Source: Owenia fusiformis
Taxonomy: Eukaryota
Assembly: GCA_903813345.2 (NCBI GenBank)
Contig: CAIIXF020000001.1
Coordinates: forward strand, 35,030,001 to 35,094,000
Reading direction: 5' to 3'
DNA: 64,000 nt
A program made the position numbers and the translations under genes. The notes below the pieces were generated by a model, which saw only the letters and a list, made by a program, of their open reading frames with translations, was not told the origin of the DNA and did not search any database. Of the stretch, positions 36,448 to 48,014 are shown piece by piece; positions within the stretch are counted from its first letter, which is position 1, and each line of letters opens with the position of its first letter.

Positions 36448-37781
36448 TATTTTAGATGAAAATTATTTTATGAATAAAAACAAATGTGCAATGAATATAA
36501 TGAAAATTAATTTTATGTATATTTTTTTAACTGTTGCTATTATAGGTTTCGAAATTTTTAAATGCACTTAGGAAATTTACATTGTTGTATTAAGGAGGTC
36601 CAAAGGGCAACAATTGAAAAACAAAACAAGATGGATATGAATCCACCCAAAAGCAAAAAAATAATTTCAAATTGCTCTCAATGGCAGAACATTCATGATT
36701 TATTAGAATTTTCATGAAAAAAGATTCAAAATATTTCAACTTCTGTTCCAAAAAACAAAATCAAAATTCATCAACCTGCTATAAATAGATATTTATTGAT
36801 CTTCAAAGTTCATGAACAACTGTAGCAAAAGGTCAGTGTTATGGCTGCCATAACATCTTCATGGATTATAGTTAGTCATGCAACATTACAGTATTATTAT
36901 TAACTATTATTAAAAATAACAAATGATAAATTGTACATGTATTTTTATATATTTAGATGAACATTATTTTGTAAATAAAAGCAAATTTGCAATTATGAAA
37001 ATTTTATTAATGTTTAGGCTATATTAAAGCTCTTTGGTGAATAGGTTTTGAAAATTACATGTGCAAATGAAATTATGTGATAAGGAAACCCAAAAGGCAA
37101 CAACTATTGAAAATCAAAACAAGATGGAGATTAATCCACCAAAAAGCAAAAAATTATTTCAAATTGTTCTCGATGACAGCACAGCTGTGAAGAACTATAT
37201 CAGTATTTTCATGAAAAAACTATATTCATTGTCTCTGACTGCATGAGCAACTCTCACAATATTTTCATAAGATTTTTTGTCAAGAAATCCAGCAGAAAAC
37301 ACACCCCTTGACTGTTGACTCCACGATTGATTACAGTGTATGGGTAATTGATAATATATAGTTCCATTGATAATGGAAAGGAGACATACTAAGCTGTTCA
37401 ACAACGTTTGGCACAGGAGGATGTTCAGAATCCGTGGAAATCTTAAAAGTGGACATCAAGCTACTTGACGGGTCAATATCAAGTTATCATGAAAAGCAAA
37501 ACATCATTCTTGCTCGTCTATCTACATATATCTGTTATTCAGTCGGTCTGTCTCTCAACAATAGTGATCGCTCTTTTAAATTATAATTATTAATTTGCTT
37601 CATTTTCAATGCGGGAATCCCCCTACGAGTAATTATATTAATTTTGTGATGATAACGTCATCACTGGTGATCCACCTGATTACGCTGGTTACCGAAACGG
37701 TTCGTTTTGGTAACAAAATGTCGGAACGTCGAAGGTACGATTTTTCTTTTTTCCTTATTTCACGCGTTGTAGGCACAATCC

Positions 37782-38077
37782 CCACGATGTTTTTTTTACA
37801 AACGTATATCAGTATCATATGTTTTAGAAAATGTTCATGTTTGCGAAAAAATAGCCCAGAAGACAACAGAATCGTCGATTTAATTCCTCACTTAAGTTAC
37901 ATAAATGGTTTGGGTTAAAAGTGCAGGTCTTAACTGTTTTTCGAAAAACCGTTTATGTTTAACTAAGTGAAGAATTAAATCGACGATTCTGTTGTCTTCT
38001 GAACTATTTGTTCGCACATATGTACATTTTCTTAAACATATGATACTGATACACGTTTGTGTTAAAAAATGTCGTGG
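37782..38077. mobile_element. ~300-bp palindromic MITE
   Basis: ccacgatg..cagaagacaacagaatcgtcgatttaatt versus aattaaatcgacgattctgttgtcttctg..gtcgtgg; arms of about 130 bp. Confidence 0.8.
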
Positions 38078-38569
38078 AAAAAAAGAGCCAAAATACGAAA
38101 AATACAAGGTTAGTCTCGTTCTAAAGATAGTATACCATTCTGTGAAGATGAACAATTTTGAGCAGGCTTTTTGAATTTGAATTTCTATTGATGTAAGTGG
38201 AAATTCATGGCTAGGAACAATCATCGAATTGATACTGTTAACGAATTAATTCAAGCCTCAAAATTGATAAGTTGATAAACAAACTTGTTTTACATCAAAT
38301 AACACGAAAAATCAGGGGTTACTCTAACTGTGTTTTATGAGACCCGATCTCTTTTAGCATACACGTTGATCGGTGAGTGAGTATCTGCGTATTGTAAGAT
38401 TTTCAGCAGACGCCATGTTATTCCTATGAGCAACTTTAAAGTAGAATTTAAGGTAACTTATTTCATTTACACACCTCCATTTTGAAAATATATACGACCT
38501 GGGCTTTTATTTATATAGAACATTGGTCAGATAGGCTAGAATATTTGTATCATTCTGTTGTTAAATTAT

Positions 38570-39298
38570 TGTAATGCGACCTTAATATGGGGTATTGAGA
38601 TGGTACTGAAAATATAGCTGAGCAAAAAGAACAAAGGACAGAGGGTATTTACAAGGATAACAATCGGATAAAATCAACACGGTTTACAACATCAAATATT
38701 TATTTACAACATATAACAATACATGCATACAGTAATATAAAACAAGCCACAGACAATAAGAGATAAAATGGAAATGCTAATAACGAGATCCAACCCCGGA
38801 GCGCCAGAGGGCCATGCCACGCCCTAACTTCCGTTATCGTAATACATCTAACATAATCAAGTATTTGATCTCAAACTACCAGAAGTGATAAAGTCAAAGG
38901 CGTACCTTGTTGTACTATACCTAATGTACTTCCGTATATCAAACCTAGTACCAAAATCCAATACTCAACAGAGCATAGTCCAAAATCCAAACACAACAAG
39001 AAGCCACAAATCACATAGTCTTCATCGTATCATGCCCTCTGGTCAACTGACGAACTCAACCTTGTACAACTCACATATAAAATTCAGCTGTACCAAAACT
39101 GGTTTAACCAATCAGAACTCTTATATTTCAAATATCGTCATACGACAAACTATAGTGTACTAGTTTTCAGCGACAGATATCAATCTAAATACTATACCTA
39201 GTTCTAATAACAGGTTTCCATAATGCTGTTCTATTTTCACGACGTTAGCATTGTTTGGAAGTTAAAAACATGAAAAGCCTTATCGAGCAACCGTTACA
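38570..39298 (-). repeat. 3' LTR
   Basis: tgtaatgcgac...ccgttaca; matches 48015-48743 except for c/a at LTR position 12 (38581 versus 48026). Confidence 0.97.
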
Positions 39299-39300
39299 CA

Positions 39301-39314
39301 ACTCCCCTCCTTCT
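39301..39314 (-). other. Polypurine tract
   Basis: Minus strand AGAAGGAGGGGAGT, 2 nt from the 3' LTR. Confidence 0.88.
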
Positions 39315-40676
39315 GAGAAGATGGCGTCCTCGCCAAAAATCTAAATCATAATATAAAATATAACGGATGCGTTAATTATCAAAACAATCAAATAACATTA
39401 AAATATACGGATCATCTAATCCTCTTATCTCAATCTTTATTCCTTGTCTTTATCAATAATGTCTATATACAAATACAATGTGTCACCATCATTTTCCGTG
39501 AATCAAAATCCAAATCAAAATAACTAAACTAGTCTAGCAGACTGTGATTCCATGCATGTTAATCAGAATAGTTAGTGTTACTGTTTATACTTCAGTTCAT
39601 TATGTATAAGTATGTTGCTTTATTACGTTATGCTAAGTGAAACCCCATCTTAAGTTACCCTTCTCCTTACGAGAATCTAACCGGCATTCCTAACTCTTTA
39701 TCCCAATTTACTGTAATGCATGACACCTCCCCATAGCACAAACTAACGTGCTCAACCACTAAGCCATATTATATTTCAGTAATGCCTGAACACTTCTGTT
39801 CAATATGACATGCTTTCAGTTGCGCTTTCTGAATACAATGTCACATCCCTACTATTTCCAGTTGAAGAAAACAAAGATGAAAATTTCCATTTACAAACAA
39901 TTGGTTATCAGATTCACTCATTACATTCACAATCTCATTTATTCAAAGGGGTAGCTAGTCCCATATCATACATTCAACCAATCCCTTGGAATGTATCGTT
40001 TCCATTAGTGTATCCATCACTTCTGTCAATTCAACTTCTTAAATCTACTGGCTTCTCATTCATTATTCGTGCATGTAAACTATTATCAAGTTTCACTTTC
40101 GCAAGCAAGATTACCATATATCCATACAGACAAGTTTTGCACTAAAGGCATAGCAAAAGAGAAATTCGGTGAAGCATAACGAGTGTTACAGCTATCTATG
40201 GTAATCATATTCGGGCAAGTAGTAACTTGCATGATCACAGATATTCGAGGCCAAAACTGTTAAGTTTCTTACTCCAGTGCTTCTGCGTGACACAACTTAA
40301 ACTATGCTTCAAAATGGTACATACAACATAGGCAATCCATTTGCCAAAGCCATCCAGCCATAGGCATCTCAAAATCACTATGTACAAAATCTTGTATGTC
40401 ATCCTCATTTCATATCGTTTGAATTATACAAATTTACTAACATCAATCAAAGTTTTCAGTTCAAAATAGTGACAAACGTGAACCTATTCCTCTTGTAAGT
40501 AAACGTATATGTGCACAAACTAAAATGCCATTTATTCAAACAACTTATCTAATATCAACACTAAATTAACAAACGCATGTTTTTATGTTTTTTATATTTT
40601 AATTAAAAATTTGTCCTCCTCTAGCAGAACCATGATTTAAACCATGTATTTTCTACACTATCATATCTAATAGTTC

Positions 40677-43600
40677 CTACTTAACAATTGGGATTTCATT
40701 GTTTCTGATGAATAACTTGGAGAATTCATTCAAGTTCTCCCAGGGCTCAAATGTGTTTACCGAGGAATCATATCCCTCCCATTTACAAAGGTATTCCCAT
40801 TGTCCTCTTTTCTTTCTTTTTTTAAGAATTTCCTCAACTTGGAAATATGTCTGCTCTTCATCCGAGCTTTCTTCTTTATCTACATCTAAGGAATTAACTC
40901 GTGTATTTAGATTAGTTTCAACCACGGTGTCATTACTTGATGTCTCAGGGATAGCCTCTCTATCTGAAGTCGTATCTTCCTGGTCCCTTTCATCACTACT
41001 CTCCCTTCTCTTGTACCAGGTGGGTTTCTCATCACCTTTGTAGGGTTTTAGCCTGTCTATGTGGACCACTGTTGGCTTACTTCTCCTAGATCTTTGTATT
41101 CGGTATGTGATTTCACTTATCCTTTTTGTTACTATGTATGGGCCCTGATATGGCCTCTGTAGTTTGGGTGAGATACCCGGTCTCCTCATTGGGCAATGAA
41201 GCCAAACAGCATCTCCTTCATGAATTGTGGTTAGGCCAGCTTTCAGGTCATAGTGTTTCTTTTGTCTAATACTGTTCTTCTTAAGGTTATCCCTGGCAAA
41301 TGCATGGGTAGTTTCCATCTTCTCTTTCAAAGAGGCAACATAGTTGGTTTCCGACTCTTTTTCATCTTGTGGTGAACCAAACACCATATCCACAGGGAGA
41401 TTAAGCTGTCTCCCTAACATCAATTCACAGGGTGTAAATTGAGATGTTTCGTGTATGGATGTCCTGTATGCTAACATAAGGAACGGGAGATACTCATCCC
41501 AATCCTTTTGATGTTTGTCCACAAACATACTCAGCATGCTTTCTAATGTCCTGTTGAAACGTTCTACCATTTCGTCAGAACAAGGTCTGAGTGGTGTTGT
41601 TCTTGTTTTGGTAATTCCAAGTGAATTACACACCTCTTGGAAGATTTTACTTTCGTAGTTTCTCCCTTGGTCACTGTGCAATGACATAGGACATCCCCAC
41701 CTACATATAAATTCTTTGCTTACAATATCAGCAATAGTCTCTGCTTCCTGATTAGGGATAGCATATGCCTCAGTCCACTTGGTAAAATAGTCTGCCACGA
41801 TAATAATGTATTTGTTTCCTTTATTTGTTGTGGGCAAAGGTCCCAAAATATCAGTCGCTATCCTTTCCATGGGTACTCCTACCTGATATAACTTCATTGG
41901 CGCCTTTTTCTTTTGCAAGTTTGGTTTTCTGGATGCACATGCATCACATTTGTTACACCAATCTCTGACGTCAGTTCTGAGACTGTACCAGTAGTACCTT
42001 GATCTCACCCTTTCAACCGTCTTATGTATTCCCAAGTGACCTGAAGTGACAGTGTTATGCAATTGATGCATTACATCTTTTCTTAACTGTTTGGGAACTA
42101 CTAGCTGCCACCTGATAATATCTCCTGTATCAGATTCCCACCTTCTGTAAAGAACGCCATTCCTGACTTTTAGCCGTTCCCAATCAGACAATAAATGCTT
42201 AAGTGGCTTTCCTTGATTAGAGATATCTTTCCAGGTAATTGTCTTGCCTGATTCAACAGATTTAAATACCATCGCGATTTCAGGATCTCTCATTTGAAAA
42301 GATCGTATTTCTTCAGAACTCCAAGCTCCTAGAGCACTTAGTTTTTCATTCTCTGACTGTATTCCGTGTATCGCATTTACAGAATTGTTATCTTCATTTT
42401 TCATTCCACATTGTGGGCATTGCATTCTCGATAAGCCATCGGCATTTGCATGAGAAGCTCCAGGGCGATGTTGTATTTCCATATCATAGGAACTCAGCAT
42501 TTCAAGCCAACGGGCTATTTGACCATCTGGTTCTTTAAAATTGAACAACCATTTCAAGGCTCGGTGATCTGTCCAAATGATAAATTTCTGCCCATACAAA
42601 TATGGCCTGAATCTCTTGACAAACGTTACTATTGCCAATAGTTCTTTCCTTGTTACACAATAGTTCCTTTCAGACTTATTCATTGTTTTGCTTCCAAAAG
42701 AAATTGGTCTTTCCACCCCATCTACAATTTGTGATAGAACACCACCTAATCCGAAATTTGATGCATCACAATCAAGAACATACATTCCTTTCTCACTGGG
42801 ATAGGCTAAAATGGGTGCAGACACAATAGCATTTTTTAATGTCTGAAATGCTTCTTGGCATTCTGAAGTCCAGGTAAACCCTTTCTGTTTTTCACACAGT
42901 TGATGCAATGGACGAGCTATATTTGAAAATCCTTTTACAAATTTTCTGTAGTAACCAACGAAGCCTACAAAAGCTCTAACTTCCTTTTGACAAACTGGAG
43001 TTTTCCAGTTGACAATTTGTTCAACTTTCTCACTATCAGTTTCAACTCCTTCACGTGACACTTTGTGAGCAAGAAAAATCACAGAAGATTTGAACAATGT
43101 GCATTTCTTTGGTTTCATTTTCAACCCAGACTTTCTTATTCTGTCAAACACTTCTTTTATCTTCACCAAAGTGTCTTCGAAGCTTTTTCCCCATGTTAAA
43201 ATGTCATCGATGTAAAGAAGACAGGATTTCCATTGTAGGCCTTTCAGCACTGTTTCCATCAATCTTTGAAATGTTCCAGGTGCCCCTGTTAAGCCAAAGG
43301 GCATAACATTGAATTGATAGAGCCCATCTCTCACGACGAAGCTGGTTTTCTCTTTAGACTCCTTGTCTAATGCCACCTGCCAATAACCGGAAGCCATGTC
43401 AACTGAACAAAACCATTTTGCTCCAGATAAACTGTCCAGACATGTATCTAGTCTTGGTATTGGGTAGGCGTCCTTCTTTGTGACGTCATTCAATTTCCTA
43501 TAATCAATGCAGAAACGTATTGTCTTATCCTTTTTGGTTACTAACACAATTGGTGAACTCCATGGTGCATTAGATGGTTCAATAATTCCTTTGTCTAACA

Positions 43601-45746
43601 TTTTGTTCACTTCCTCTGTCACCATTTCTTGTTTAGCAAGGGGCTGTCTCCTGGGATGTTGTTTTATTGGGCGTGCATCGCCGGTATCTATATGGTGTTC
43701 TACTACATTTGTCCTTCCTAAATCATCTGAATTTTTAGCAAAAATATCCTTGTATTCAATTAGTAATCTTTTCACCGCTAATGCTTGACTACCATCTAAA
43801 TCAGTACATGTCCTTTTGTATAGATCGTCCAAGTGCTCTGGTAAAGATTCCTGTTTTTGCTCATCAGATGATGTAACATTGAAAATAGCTGCATTTTCCT
43901 CATTGGCCAGTTCCTTAATATCAGTGACTAGGTCTATCTCCCCCACTTTTGTGTTTTTGTAAATAGTGATAGGTTGATCACTGGGATTCATTATCCTGAT
44001 TGGAATCATGTTCTGTGCATGGTCTGTAATGTCAATCAATGAACGCCCAATAATTAAGTCATGTTTGGTGCTAAATGATGGCGTTTGTTCTATAACACCC
44101 ATTTTTCCTTTACTCAATCCACTGATACGATTAACTCTTCCTTTTACTATCATTTCGCACATAGCTGGTATTTGTACGGTTTGATTTATCAGTGCTTTCA
44201 TAACTGGTTGGGAATCGTGTGTCATACATCCAATTATGTTTCCATGGATATTCAGTGTTCCATTGCCAAGATCCAACACTCCTTTGTTGGCTACCAGAAA
44301 ATCCATTCCAATAATGGCGTCTGCGTTTATATCTGCAATCCATACTTTTAACGGATAGCAAGTTCCATCCAAATTTAAAACGATGTGACTGTAGCCAACT
44401 AATGGAAGTGGACTTCCGTCGGCGTTTTTAAAACTGTTATACGGTGGTACAATAATCTCGTTTTCTTTCCCTACTCTGTGAAACACTTGACTTGAAATAA
44501 TAGAAATGCATGAACCACTATCTATAAGAAAACTAACCGCATTTTCCTGAATACTTGCATTTATGAACAGGCCATTTTCCATGATGTTATTCACTAGTTC
44601 AGTATTTTTCAGTCTATCTATGGCCGATAATGCATTCCTTATTTCTTTGGATTGAAGGTTATCCACTTCCGGTGTTTCTGGTTTCCCAATGAGGACTTCC
44701 TGTTCTTGGAACTGCTGTGGTTTTTGGTTACGCCAGTATGTATTTCTTTTTCCTGGCCTACGAGGTGTTCCAAATTTTTCATAATTTCTCCTCCTCCTTG
44801 ATGTATTCTTATTTTGAACACCTGTATTTACATTTGAGGAGTTAAGATGAACTCTACAAAACTGCATAACATGCCCATCACAGAAGCATCGAGTGCAATA
44901 TAACATTGTTGGACATTCATTTGACTTGTGATCATCACCACAATTGAAACACGTTATTGCATTGCTATAAGTTACTTTCTCAATATGTTTGCAAAAACTA
45001 TCATTTTCAAAATTTTCCACGTTTCCACATTGTATTGCTTCTAATTTCATTTCCAATTTTACAATCATATCTTGTTGTTCCTGCAATAATTTTAACATGG
45101 CTTCGAGATCCGCTTTATCACTTTGAATTGTTCCAACTAGCTTTGGATGTTGGCTTTCAAGTGTTATGTTTGATTGGCTAAAATGAGAATCTAAGACTTG
45201 ATGAGATTCCCACTCTAATCCTGCTGATATAGCTTGGTCTAATGTTTTTGCTTTTGCGAATCTGATAAATGTTTTCATCTCAGGCTGATTCGAAATAGCA
45301 GTCATGAAATGATCAAAGGCTAATTCATCTCTCAAAGCATAATCTAAATTAGGATACGCTAATGATGATTGCCTACGTAAAAACTGACCAAGTTCCATCA
45401 ATGTCTCAGACGGTTCTCTCCTTTTGGCGTCAAGTTCAACCAAATTTAATGGTCTCTGACTAGGAGAGAATCTAGCTTTCAGTGTGTTTGTTAATACAGC
45501 ATAATCGTATTTGCTTTCATTTGGTATATCAGTGAAAATTTCCCTAGCGACACCTCTAAGATTCACTGCTAACATGTGTGCTTTCTGCACATCACTCCAA
45601 CAATTGATATTTGCACACACTTCAAAATGTGACAGATAATCCTGCCAGGCTATTTCGCCACTATATGTGTCTGGCTTTGCTTTGTAATTCTGTGCTGGGA
45701 ATAACATATCTACTGATTCACTTGCCATTGCTCTATGGCTTTCCAT
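40677..45746 (-). CDS. Gag-Pol polyprotein (gag, two zinc knuckles, protease, RT, RNase H, integrase, GPY motif, chromodomain)
   Basis: CFNCGDDHKSNEC and CTRCFCDGHVMQFC; FLIDSGS; LLYIDDIL; LDCDAS; H..H..C..C; DILGP / SDQG / VERFN (DD35E); YQGPY; FQVEEILKKR..EYLCKWEGY..NTFEPWENL. Confidence 0.97.
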   Translation of the reverse strand: MESHRAMASESVDMLFPAQNYKAKPDTYSGEIAWQDYLSHFEVCANINCWSDVQKAHMLAVNLRGVAREIFTDIPNESKYDYAVLTNTLKARFSPSQRPLNLVELDAKRREPSETLMELGQFLRRQSSLAYPNLDYALRDELAFDHFMTAISNQPEMKTFIRFAKAKTLDQAISAGLEWESHQVLDSHFSQSNITLESQHPKLVGTIQSDKADLEAMLKLLQEQQDMIVKLEMKLEAIQCGNVENFENDSFCKHIEKVTYSNAITCFNCGDDHKSNECPTMLYCTRCFCDGHVMQFCRVHLNSSNVNTGVQNKNTSRRRRNYEKFGTPRRPGKRNTYWRNQKPQQFQEQEVLIGKPETPEVDNLQSKEIRNALSAIDRLKNTELVNNIMENGLFINASIQENAVSFLIDSGSCISIISSQVFHRVGKENEIIVPPYNSFKNADGSPLPLVGYSHIVLNLDGTCYPLKVWIADINADAIIGMDFLVANKGVLDLGNGTLNIHGNIIGCMTHDSQPVMKALINQTVQIPAMCEMIVKGRVNRISGLSKGKMGVIEQTPSFSTKHDLIIGRSLIDITDHAQNMIPIRIMNPSDQPITIYKNTKVGEIDLVTDIKELANEENAAIFNVTSSDEQKQESLPEHLDDLYKRTCTDLDGSQALAVKRLLIEYKDIFAKNSDDLGRTNVVEHHIDTGDARPIKQHPRRQPLAKQEMVTEEVNKMLDKGIIEPSNAPWSSPIVLVTKKDKTIRFCIDYRKLNDVTKKDAYPIPRLDTCLDSLSGAKWFCSVDMASGYWQVALDKESKEKTSFVVRDGLYQFNVMPFGLTGAPGTFQRLMETVLKGLQWKSCLLYIDDILTWGKSFEDTLVKIKEVFDRIRKSGLKMKPKKCTLFKSSVIFLAHKVSREGVETDSEKVEQIVNWKTPVCQKEVRAFVGFVGYYRKFVKGFSNIARPLHQLCEKQKGFTWTSECQEAFQTLKNAIVSAPILAYPSEKGMYVLDCDASNFGLGGVLSQIVDGVERPISFGSKTMNKSERNYCVTRKELLAIVTFVKRFRPYLYGQKFIIWTDHRALKWLFNFKEPDGQIARWLEMLSSYDMEIQHRPGASHANADGLSRMQCPQCGMKNEDNNSVNAIHGIQSENEKLSALGAWSSEEIRSFQMRDPEIAMVFKSVESGKTITWKDISNQGKPLKHLLSDWERLKVRNGVLYRRWESDTGDIIRWQLVVPKQLRKDVMHQLHNTVTSGHLGIHKTVERVRSRYYWYSLRTDVRDWCNKCDACASRKPNLQKKKAPMKLYQVGVPMERIATDILGPLPTTNKGNKYIIIVADYFTKWTEAYAIPNQEAETIADIVSKEFICRWGCPMSLHSDQGRNYESKIFQEVCNSLGITKTRTTPLRPCSDEMVERFNRTLESMLSMFVDKHQKDWDEYLPFLMLAYRTSIHETSQFTPCELMLGRQLNLPVDMVFGSPQDEKESETNYVASLKEKMETTHAFARDNLKKNSIRQKKHYDLKAGLTTIHEGDAVWLHCPMRRPGISPKLQRPYQGPYIVTKRISEITYRIQRSRRSKPTVVHIDRLKPYKGDEKPTWYKRRESSDERDQEDTTSDREAIPETSSNDTVVETNLNTRVNSLDVDKEESSDEEQTYFQVEEILKKRKKRGQWEYLCKWEGYDSSVNTFEPWENLNEFSKLFIRNNEIPIVK

Positions 45747-48002
45747 TGCTATATGTTTTTATATCGTGTTTAATCTCGGTTTACTATTGTGTAATCTCTC
45801 TAAGTGCACAACGTTCTACACAAGTTCAATTCATTTAAAATTCAGATTCACAAAGATTTCACATTTAAAAAGTATTTTTAAAACATTTACATGTTACCAA
45901 CCTACATTGGCGAGACTTGCTAATGACGTCTCTGTGTACGTTTTCAATAACAGATCTGGTTGATTGAAATCAAAATTTCGTGTATGTGTATGTACCGTAT
46001 TTACACTATATATTCTAACAAACGGTTACTCGTACTATGTACAACATCCGGTATTCAAGTGTAGTATACATCACAAAATTATATCGCAGGTTATGGTGAA
46101 CGTACTATTTTGTATAAACGTTTCCCGTACACAATTTAGTTTGTCAAATCACTTGTATCAATTTTCCAATGATCCACACTAGTGAAAACAAAATTTTCTA
46201 CTTATATCCCCAGTAGGTCTCTTTCCAACAAACGTTTTACCAACGCATACAATTACCAATAGGAATAGTTCAATATTCATCCACATGTGTTTCAATGCTT
46301 GATTACTGGGTGCGATAAAAATGATACACACTAGTGATATTGCTGTAAGTCCAATTCCTGTGTTTATCCTACATACTGGTGTTAACTATCCTATGCGAAT
46401 GTAGCGTCGATATTACAATGTATTTCAATAGTGGCGTTGTTAGTCTGACTTTGGTGAAAATAAACGATAATATTATCCAAATTGGAAAATTCAGACATAA
46501 AACCACATATTCCCAACGCTACGCACTGGTGGGGTAAGATTGGTAAGACTGATTGTATTACAATAAACAAACAATCACATGTAATGTGCACAGGAACTGG
46601 GTCTTTATGACGCCAAGTTCCAACAATAATTTGCAATTTTCCCACACTGGTGAAAATAAAATTCCACTATCGACCTAGGTTTTTTCCAACACTGGTAAGA
46701 TATCCAACTACCGGTTGTATGCAAGCATTTATTACTGTTCCAAATCAATTTACATACAGACTCCGAACTACGGTACATGCACATATCATTATCTTACATT
46801 TTGTTACACATGCGTTGCAGTTCCATACCGGTGAGAGTTATTTCAAACAAGATCTTACGTATACCAGAAGATTTATAACTTCCTAAAACGGCATCATTTA
46901 AAATCTAATTTGCATTCGCATACCCTACCACTGATTACAGTATATGGCAATGAAAATTATGTCAAATCAAGTGGCACAACTTATATGCGAGATCATGTGA
47001 CAATGAAATTAATGTCTAATCTCGTTCCGTGATTATGTTGGGTGTACGTAAACATAAGCCTGTTAAACAAGATAAAAACTCAGATGTGGCGTGATGTGAA
47101 TTACCTTTGCATGTAAAATACGACAATCAACGTACAATATTGTCGTTACATTCACTCATGTTTTAGTCATTCTAATGTGACAAAGAAACGATAAGATTTT
47201 TAAATACTGCAATCAATCTAATTCAACTGTACTGATACGTCAAGATCAAGATGAATTTTTGGGATTAATTTGCAGTTACCCTAGGCTTGTATCATACAGT
47301 CATCGCTTTCAATACATTTGTCACATTCGAATTTTCTAATATGTTGTAGAAAAGCTCAATATTATTCAAAGCTGTTGAATTTCCTGAACGCTTTCAATGA
47401 AGCATGTTATTGCTAAGTCAATACATAAGGTAAGGTAACTGTTTACTTTCGGTGTTTTAGATAAAAGTTTCCTTCCCGTTGCCTTGTTATACAAACTTGA
47501 ACAATAATGTCAGAATGTGAACTATCGTTGTATGACTGAAATGTGTACGTCTAATCCTGAGTAACGTAACAATATCAACAGTCTGATGTGCAAACGCCTG
47601 ATCCTGAGTAGCGTAGCAATTATCCTTAGATCAAAATTCTGACATATTGCGAGTGTGAGTAAAGTAAAGGCCGATTGATTTCCCCATGACTTTATACACC
47701 AAAAACATTTAGTTTCCTCACTTCAGTACTAATCGCTTTGAATGTTGAAATGAGCCTAAGACATGAACTGTCTTGTAAATTTTTTTTTTTTCAAATGTGA
47801 CGTTGTATATATGCGATTGATTTGAGCCTTTGAGATAAAATACCTAGATAAAATATTCAATTGACAATGTAAACGTGTGATTTTAAATTATCCTTTACCC
47901 TTCTTACCAATGTACCGTACCCTTTGCTAGCAATACCTTCTCCCCTTTCACCAGGCTGGAGACGCCGGTTCACAGCTGTTGTCAATTGCTGTAGGTCAGT
48001 TT

Positions 48003-48013
48003 CGCTGCCACCA
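48003..48013 (-). promoter_or_regulatory. Primer-binding site complementary to the tRNA-Leu 3' end
   Basis: Minus strand TGGTGGCAGCG, 1 nt inside the 5' LTR; complementary to ...CGCTGCCA-CCA of animal tRNA-Leu(AAG/TAG). Confidence 0.8.
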
Positions 48014-48014
48014 A

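Noticed and set aside
38885..39163. Identical 92-aa ORFs at 38885-39163 and 48330-48608
   Set aside because: Both lie within the LTRs, antisense to the element, with a GTG start; identity simply reflects LTR duplication.
39315..40676. Possible env or accessory ORF downstream of pol
   Set aside because: No long sense ORF; the 111-aa antisense ORF has no recognisable features.
40699..45181. Short + strand ORFs overlapping gag-pol
   Set aside because: Antisense shadow frames of the long ORF with no independent support.
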